This document shows, one piece after another, positions 24,160 through 32,183 of a DNA stretch of 38,457 nucleotides; positions within the stretch are counted from its first letter, which is position 1, and each line of letters begins with the position of its first letter. Under the pieces are notes generated by a model. The model had not been told where the DNA came from and made no database searches. It was given only the letters and a program-made list of their open reading frames with translations. The stretch comes from Octopus bimaculoides. Lineage: Eukaryota. The position numbers were made by a program, and so were the translations under genes. The stretch spans positions 45,824,240-45,862,696 of the forward strand of contig NC_068986.1 of the NCBI RefSeq assembly GCF_001194135.2, in the 5' to 3' direction.

Positions 24160-24470
24160 CATGTGTGTATATATGTATGTATGTATGTATGTATGCATGT
24201 ATGTGTGGAGCATGTGTGTGTCTGTGTAAATGTTACATCTGTGTGCTTCACATGAAAAAGTGCAGAGCAATAAATGGTTAAGTTTGTTTTCATTTGGCTA
24301 GTAACAAATTATCTGCTGGCTCTGTGCTTTCGAATATATGTAGAATAAGAGATACCTTATTAAAAAAGTGAAAAAGGTTAGTGACAACAGAGTGATCTAG
24401 CTGTAAAGAAATTCTCCCAATAATATATAATTATCTGACCCTTGTTAGCTTAGTTAAATAACTACAAATG
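23905..24470 (+). mobile_element. Diverged family B-type SINE (head, central domain, internal microsatellite, degenerate 3' part)
   Basis: gtggtaaaaagtttgcttttcaaccacatg...gggttcagtcccactacatggcagcttggacaag matches the head of 11556-11723 in reverse. The 3' boundary is uncertain. Confidence 0.55.
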
Positions 24471-26197
24471 AATGTACATATTAATGACTACAAATTAAAT
24501 TCTAATTTATTATTATTTTTATTTTATATCAAAATTTAAGATTAGATCGTGTTGATTCAAGTTAAATATCATAGTTTCAAGCTTAAACTGATCTCGTAAA
24601 ATCATCAACATAAATACAACGCAACAAAATATAATTAAATTGTCATAAGTTTTGATTTAATTGCTGGTAATTTTGGTTGATAGTAAGGTAAATATTTTCA
24701 CTTGAATTCTTCAGATTGTTTCAGTTAAATTGATAAGCATCTTATTTTATATATAATTAAAAAAATCAGAAAAAGTCCTGTAAAATAGAAAATGAAATCA
24801 CCAATAACTATGTGTTCAATTTCAGTGTATACATATGTATATATGTGTATATATATGTGTGCAATATATATATATATATATCATACACACACACATATGC
24901 ACATACACGTGTGTTTGCATGTTATGCTTTTATCTATAAGTATATTTATAGGCATGTGTGTGTATTATACTAACATCCTCATGTATGCTTGTGTATATGA
25001 ATATATGAATTAGTTTATATATATATATATATATAATACTGTGCGTACACATATACAAAAAGATACATTTATATGTATATAGTGTGTACGCACATATGTG
25101 TATATGTATGTATATGTGAGTGCATATGTGTTTATATATATATATATATGTATGTATGGATGTATACACAAACATGTATGTGTGTATCTCCTTAGTTGTA
25201 CATAATATCATCCATATACTTATATTCATGTAAATGTATATACATCACTGAGCATATAAGTTGGGAACTACATGAATGACTGTAAGCATATGTATATGCA
25301 TGTATGTGTAAATGAATGGGAGAAAGAGAGAGACAGAGTGAGAGAGAGAGAAATAAATCCCCAGAATATTATAATGATAAATTGTTTTCTTATTATTAAA
25401 ACAAAAAACAAAACCTGTTTGCAATTAATTGTGCAAGTTCACAGCAGCAAACATACATGTGTGTATACTGTTTTATTTTAATAGTATATAAATTGAAGAA
25501 TTCATACATATACATACATACATATGTATATATATATATATATNNNNNNNNNNNNNNNNNNNNNNNNNNNNNNNNNNNNNNNNNNNNNNNNNNNNNNNNN
25601 NNNNNNNNNNNNNNNNNNNNNNNNNNNNNNNNNNNNNNNNNNNNNNNNNNNNNNNNNNNNNNNNNNNNNNNNNNNNNNNNNNNNNNNNNNNNNNNNNNNN
25701 NNNNNNNNNNNNNNNNNNNNNNNNNNNNNNNNNNNNNNNNNNNNNNNNNNNNNNNNNNNNNNNNNNNNNNNNNNNNNNNNNNNNNNNNNNNNNNNNNNNN
25801 NNNNNNNNNNNNNNNNNNNNNNNNNNNNNNNNNNNNNNNNNNNNNNNNNNNNNNNNNNNNNNNNNNNNNNNNNNNNNNNNNNNNNNNNNNNNNNNNNNNN
25901 NNNNNNNNNNNNNNNNNNNNNNNNNNNNNNNNNNNNNNNNNNNNNNNNNNNNNNNNNNNNNNNNNNNNNNNNNNNNNNNNNNNNNNNNNNNNNNNNNNNN
26001 NNNNNNNNNNNNNNNNNNNNNNNNNNNNNNNNNNNNNNNNNNNNNNNNNNNNNNNNNNNNNNNNNNNNNNNNNNNNNNNNNNNNNNNNNNNNNNNNNNNN
26101 NNNNNNNNNNNNNNNNNNNNNNNNNNNNNNNNNNNNNNNNNNNNNNNNNNNNNNNNNNNNNNNNNNNNNNNNNNNNNNNNNNNNNNNNNNNNNNNNT

Positions 26198-26310
26198 TCT
26201 ATCTGACACCAAGTTTAGACGTTGATCATCCACTTCAACAAAATCCATACAACCTTCAAATCCAACATAGTAATCTTTTGGAAGTCCCATTGGAAGGTTC
26301 TTTTTGCCTC
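26198..26310 (-). CDS. AGRN: Agrin-like probable last coding exon, truncated by a gap: (G)GKKNLPMGLPKDYYVGFEGCMDFVEVDDQRLNLVSDR...
   Basis: Acceptor ttttttctccag, phase 1, continuing LWI-G-G. LP..Y..GF.GC is the LamG C-terminal motif. Runs into the N gap at 26197, so the stop codon is not seen. Confidence 0.87.
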
Positions 26311-26543
26311 CTGGAGAAAAAAAATAAAATTATATATTAAAATAACAGTCAAGCATACAAAAATACGGAAATTTACAATACAAATTTAATAAAGAAAATA
26401 CTGTGTTATTAATATAAAAGAAATATATAGTATTTCTGAAGAAAATAATATATATACACACACGTATGTGTGTGTGTGGGTATTAATCAATAAAATTCCA
26501 ACTTAGTCTGATTTTCACATTTTATTATTTGCAATTTTTAAAA

Positions 26544-26656
26544 TTTTACAATATTGAAATAAACTAGTACTTTCACTTGTGGAACACAGCAGTTACTACA
26601 TAAACTTCATGATTGTGTAATGCATGAAAGTACTAGTCTATTTCAATATTATAAAA
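26544..26656. mobile_element. Small MITE-like inverted-repeat element
   Basis: aatattgaaataaactagtactttca (from 26550) and tgaaagtactagtctatttcaatatt (to 26650) form 26-bp arms with one mismatch, extendable by about 6 bp, around a 49-bp interior. Confidence 0.6.
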
Positions 26657-27039
26657 GTTAACAAGAGAAACAGAGGCAGGCAGAAACAAGGAAAATGCCC
26701 CTTGTATTTGAATACTATACATATATGTTTTTAAAAAGACTTTTCATTTAAATTTGCCAAAATTTAATTTTTCCAAAATTTGTTATCCATATCTACAGTT
26801 GAGAAGATCTCAAGGATCGAAACCGGTACTGAAATGTTTTTTATAAAAGTATTTTAGCATCTTCTACCATGACTTTTTACCCATGACCATTTATTATGGA
26901 CACATGTGTCTGTGGAGTACTCAGCCATTTGCACATTAATTTCACAAGTAGGCTGTTCTGTTGTTCAGATCAACAGCAACCCTCATCATTGTAAATGATG
27001 GAATGCCAGTAATAATAATAATATATATATATTATTGTA

Positions 27040-27676
27040 AACCAGGTAGTTCATGATGGAGTCATACCCAATGACTGGCGTAGCAGCACCATAGTCAACT
27101 GCTACAAGGGTAAAGGTTATGCTCTAAATAGAAATAACTATGGGGGTGTCAAACTGCTGGATCAGGTGATGAAGGTCATGGAGAGGGTCATAACTCAACT
27201 AATTAGGGAGAGAGTCTGCTTAGATGAGATGCAGTTCAGTTTTGTGCCAGGTAGAAAAGCACCACTGATGCCATATTCCTGGTTTGACAACTACAGGAGA
27301 AATACCTAGCTAAAGATAAACCCCTATACTTAGCCTTTGTGGACTTGGAGAAAGCCTTTGACATCAAAATGAAAATCAAATGGAAATTGTAGTTGTGACA
27401 CCCGTGCCTGTGGCACGTAAAAAGCACCGTCTAAATGTGGCTGATGCCAGTGCCGCCTTGACTGGCTTCCGTGCCGGTGGCACATAAAAAGCACCAACTG
27501 ATCATGGCCATTGCAAGCCTGCTCTGGCCACTGTGCCGGTGGCACGTAAAAAGCACCCACTACATTCACAGACTGGAACCTGGTGCAGCCTCCTGGCTTC
27601 CCAAACCCCAGTCGAACCGTCCAACCCATGCTAGCATGGAAAATGGACGTTAAACGATGATGATGATGATGATGAT
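27040..27676 (+). mobile_element. Internally deleted RTE-clade LINE: RT N-terminal fragment joined to a 3' region with a (GAT)n tail
   Basis: IPNDWRSSTIVNCYKGKG...KLLDQVMKVMERVI..QF.FVPGR.STTDAIF...LAFVDLEKAFD (27040-27362) jumps abruptly to a non-coding tail ending ccatgctagcatggaaaatggacgttaaac(gat)n. Assigning the tail to the same element is inference. Confidence 0.75.
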
Positions 27677-27677
27677 G

Positions 27678-27708
<31 letters not shown>

Positions 27709-28537
27709 CATACATTCATATATATATATATATGTGTGTGTATGTTTGTATGCATATGTGCTGCCAAATCTGTTAATGCTACAATACACACACACTTCGG
27801 AACTGTCTAATTTTCCTCTTACTCACTTTCCTATTGCCCTTATCTTTACCCACTCATCCAGCTGTATCATTTATGCCATTCATTATTACAGAACTCATTA
27901 AATTCTATTTTCCTTACCATAAAGCTCATCACTTCACTTCTGCAGCCCATCTTGACATCTATATATAGGGGATTAAATTGGACCAACTGTGCTAAGTACA
28001 CTTTGCATCCCCCCCCCTTCTCCTCTTATACTTCTTGTCACATCAACTGCATTCATTCTGTCTGCTGTTATACTCATCTTCTCGCACATACACTGAGTTT
28101 CAGTTTTTGCTTTACCTCCTGGGTCACATTGCCTTTTATCATCACTCTGTCCTCTTGGTCATGCTGGCTTTATTATATATACTTATTTCAGAGTACTGAG
28201 TACCCTTATCACTCATTCACCTATCATGCATTCCCTTTATCACTTTCAATCATACCCATGTCAATCAGACCCCTTGTCCCTTAGTGGCTGAGCATGTCCC
28301 TTAGTGGCTGACAATATGTGCATCTTTGATGACAAGCAGGTGTAATGGTGGAGCATCATAGCCATGTATTGTGAGGGATTCTTTAGGTTGGAATAAATGT
28401 AGCAAAAGGAAAATTTGGAGGTAATATTACCAATTTTCATACTTTTTAGGAGTAAGTAAATAGGAAATAACAATTGCTACCCAAGGACAAAATTTGTGTT
28501 ATTTAATAATAGAGAAGCTGATGAAAATAAGCATGTG

Positions 28538-28584
<47 letters not shown>

Positions 28585-28677
28585 TTATATATATTTTTAT
28601 ACCAAAATTAGGCAAAAATATTGTATCTGTTGACAAACATAGCAAAATACTCACAAGTGAGTTTTTGTATTTATATT

Positions 28678-28781
28678 GATTTAAATGAGAGCTCAAAACT
28701 GATCCATTGAAAATACTTTATTATAATAATGATAATTATAATAAAGTATTTTCAATGGATCAGTTTTGAGCTCTCATTTAA

Positions 28782-28784
<3 letters not shown>
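28678..28784. repeat. Perfect 50-bp inverted repeat with a 7-nt loop
   Basis: 28678-28727 is the exact reverse complement of 28735-28784 (checked base by base). Confidence 0.95.
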
Positions 28785-28812
<28 letters not shown>

Positions 28813-28819
<7 letters not shown>

Positions 28820-28984
28820 CAGAAATAATTCTCAAATGCATGATAATGCTAATACAATAGCATGAACAGCATAAACTATCCATATATTACAGGAAAAAAA
28901 TTGTAACATATGGATAGTTTATGCTGTTCATACTATTGTATTAGCATTATCATGCGTTTATGAATAAATTATTACTGTGTCTTT
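28813..28984. repeat. Long imperfect inverted repeat (MITE-like foldback)
   Basis: Core 28838-28885 versus 28908-28955 is 48 bp with one mismatch; outer arms aaagatacagaaataatt and aattattactgtgtcttt. Confidence 0.9.
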
Positions 28985-29113
28985 CAATACATCTCAACGA
29001 TTCTAAAGCAAACTTTGTTTACTGTCATCGTAAGTTGAAAGTATATATATATATATATATATATATAATGCCACATTCAATACTCAGCAAATTTAAAAAA
29101 TGTTAATATTTAC

Positions 29114-29217
29114 CTATCCATAATTCTCCATCTGTGTCCAGTTTTGTAGCCCCACTAAGTGAAGACCTTTTGACTGGAACAGCATCATCTACTCTAAGAA
29201 TTCCTTCTTCTTGGTTT
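29114..29217 (-). CDS. AGRN: Agrin-like exon (LamG3): NQEEGILRVDDAVPVKRSSLSGATKLDTDGELWI(G)
   Basis: Manual translation. Acceptor tttctaacag, donor gtaaat, 104 nt, phase 2 to 1. GATKLDTDGELWIG resembles agrin GATQLDTDGALWLG (recalled) and is the most diagnostic motif for agrin over perlecan, EYS or pikachurin. Confidence 0.9.
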
Positions 29218-30765
29218 CTGTTAGAAATAGAAAAATAATTTTAGGAAATTGTGTAAATAAGAAATACATAAAAAAAACAACAAAAAAGTAATTTATTTCT
29301 GTCAATAAATTAGATTTATTTTTTTACAAAAGTGATTACACTATTATAGATTTTCATGAATTTTTCATGTTATATTAAAAATGTCCTCATTTATGTAATT
29401 TGCATATTGGAAAACTTTTGGTGTTTTGTTGGTGTGAAGTGGTTTCTTAGGTTAATGAAACTGAAGTAGATAATGTAGTAGGTGATTTAGTAGTTATCCA
29501 GAGACAAACATTTCAATAGTATAGCTAATGTGTTGATGTAGTTGGTGAGATTATAATTAGTGCAAGTGATGTTACAGTTATTGAATGTTGTACAGAAAAG
29601 GTGGTATTACAGGCAATGTAGAAGATACAGTAAATGTTGATATATAATTAATGAAGCTGATAGTAACAGGTGTTGTTATAGCTAATATAGGTGATATAGT
29701 CAGTAGGTCTTTTTGCTGTTTAGCCTGAGATCAACTCTGATTGAGCAGAGCTATGAACAAAGGTGTTTTTAGAGTTACCTATGATTACACACTTTTTAAT
29801 GTGTCCTTTCTTTACTCAAAATGTAAGCTGAGAAAAATTTGGTTTCTAAACAACTAATTAACTAATACAAATACAATACAAACTTTTATGTATTACAGAT
29901 TTATCTATAGCAAATAAGTTTCTCATGCAGTCAATCAATTTAATTCCCATGTTTACATTCGAAACAGTTGTAATTATATATAATGATTAAATCCTCTCAT
30001 TTTCCTGATATTTACAAAGAATTTTATATATTTAATAACCAAAGGATCATTTAATCTACCTATCCAGAGATACATCTAGTTCAATTATAACAAGCACTGG
30101 CCTCAGTATTCAATCTATTATATTCTATTAGATCAAGTAACTACAAAGAGGCTACCTTACTTGTTCATAATGTAGTAAAGGACAGTAATAGCAGTTGGTG
30201 CTTTTACAATTATTAACAAAACAAGTTTATTTATAGATGATTGTAGTCTGTGAATGCAATGTTTACTAATCCTGATTTAATAGACTTCAACTTTGAGAAC
30301 ATTCAAAAGACTAAAACCCTAAGCCAACTATGCATTTCTCATTGTTATTGTTGTTGCTCTTCTTAAAGCCCTGATAAGACTTCATTTAGCAGACCTGCAG
30401 ATAATTGATAGTTAATCAAAATATAAAATCAATAATATGACCATTATCGTTAAAAGGCATATAGTCCTTTAATCCCAAGACTGTTGAAAGTAGAGAAAGA
30501 GAGAATTGGGTGCTAAACTAACCCTATTGTTACTACATTCCAGTTGAAATATAATGCCTTTATTTCAACTTATTTTGAAAGTAATGAAGTATTTAGTAAA
30601 TTAACTGTGTAACTATTAAGTTGGTCTTTAGAACATACATCAACATGAAATTTTAATGAAATTTTAGATCCTTATAAGACATAAAGATTGTATCAGAGAG
30701 CTAGGAGCAGTCTCAGACAAGTTTGTATCAAAAATGTGGAAAGGAGAAATGGATTGTCTAAATAC

Positions 30766-31005
30766 CTTTCTACTTCAATGACATGCCATTCATTATTTTT
30801 AATTTTTAATGTAGAACGAATAATATGGAGGTTTTCTTCTGTTTGAGCTCCAAGGTTGTAACTCAGTTGCATTTTCCCTTTCACGAGTGCCACAGCAAAA
30901 TAATCTTGTCGTACAGTATTGCCTTGATTCATTATGAACAAGAGTCCACTTCTCTTCTTACTTTTAAAGCGTAGACGGAATTTATTGGCTTGTTGAGAAG
31001 TTTTT
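30766..31005 (-). CDS. AGRN: Agrin-like exon (LamG3 core): KTSQQANKFRLRFKSKKRSGLLFIMNQGNTVRQDYFAVALVKGKMQLSYNLGAQTEENLHIIRSTLKIKNNEWHVIEVE(R)
   Basis: Within ORF 30693-31115(-). Acceptor cacttccag, donor gtattt, 240 nt, phase 2 to 2. DYFAVALVKGKMQLSYNLG resembles agrin DYVALAIVDGHLQLSYNLG (recalled). Confidence 0.9.
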
Positions 31006-31741
31006 CTGGAAGTGAATGTTGATAAATATGACAGGATTAAAACAAAGATTGGTGAAAAGGAGATGATCAAAATGGTTGTTTTTGTTGTTGTTAAAGAGCC
31101 CTTGGTAAACCACATTCAACATACTTATAAGTAAAGTGGTAGCTAATCAACAGATAATTCTTTCTAATTATGGCACAAGGTCAGCAATTTTAAGGAAAGG
31201 GGACAAGTCAGTTTTATCAACCCCCAGTACTTGACTGGCGTTTTATTTTAGCAATGAAAGTGAAGTTGATCTCAATGCTATTTGAACTTAGCATGTAAAA
31301 AACCCAGAAGAAATGCTTCTATGCATTTTTTCCTGTGCAATAATGATTCTGTCAGCTCACTGTCTATGATTTGCACATGAGGCCTTAGCTTCAAGATCAT
31401 CAATAATATATAGCAAGAATGATGATGATGGTAATGATGATGACAATGACAATGATGATGCCAATGCAATTTTAATGTACAACCTTCTTTCAGCATGTGT
31501 AGTCACGTGATGTCATAACTTGCCCTTCCTTTAAAAGAACAGGGAAAAGTACCTTATCTTTTATCTCTGAACATTCCTGCCCATGGGTATTAATAATTGC
31601 CTTCAATTCTCCTAATCAACTTCGCTTCATTAATATGTTTGCAATTTAGCAACCACAATTATTATTTCTTTTTTTTTTTTATCTCGCTGCTAACTTTAAC
31701 TCCCTCCCTCATAATCCTAGTATTATTATCAACCTTCTTAT

Positions 31742-32102
31742 GGTGGTGAGCTGGCAGAATCGTTAGCACACTAAATGAAATGCTTAGCAGTATTTTGCCT
31801 GTCAGTACGTTCTGAGTTCAAATTCTGCCAAGGTTGATTTTGCCCTTTCCATAAATAATAATTTCAATACATTGTATAAAACCAACGAACAATTATAAAT
31901 AATTATAACTATTTATAAAATATTTTAATAATCTTATTAAAATCTATATTTATTTATTTTTATAAAACCAACGAAGATTTCAACAAATTAAGTACCAGGG
32001 TCAACAAATTAAGTACCAGTGAAACACTGGAGTTGATGTAATTGACTTGTCCCCTCCCACCAAATTTCAGGCCTTGTGCCTTTAGTCGAAAGGATTATTA
32101 TT
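31742..32102 (+). mobile_element. SINE family A interrupted by an AT-rich insertion
   Basis: Head ggtggtgagctggcagaatcgttagc...gagttcaaattctgcc, insertion at about 31851-31980, duplicated caacaaattaagtaccag, tail ggccttgtgcc...aaggattattatt. Confidence 0.8.
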
Positions 32103-32183
32103 AACCATCTTGTTGTCTTTCATTTTCCTGATCTTTACCTTCTCCATTTATTATTTTACAAATGTTCTAACACTCATTGATTA

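Noticed and set aside
16680-25481. Many ORFs rich in Y/I/C/V/H/T (e.g. 19048-19599, 16680-17015, 24015-24293)
   Set aside because: They are translations of TA/CA/TACA microsatellites.
5394-26290. Long ORFs consisting mostly of X
   Set aside because: Artefacts of N gaps; only the flanking real sequence was interpreted.
27404-27557. CRISPR array call for the 25-nt repeats with 37-42 nt spacers
   Set aside because: Eukaryotic spliced-gene context, only three repeats, embedded in a retrotransposon 3' region, and no cas genes. Kept only as a structural finding.
31555-31612. Possible minus-strand exon ending at donor gtactt
   Set aside because: No pyrimidine tract, and its only open frame is incompatible with the phase 2 intron.
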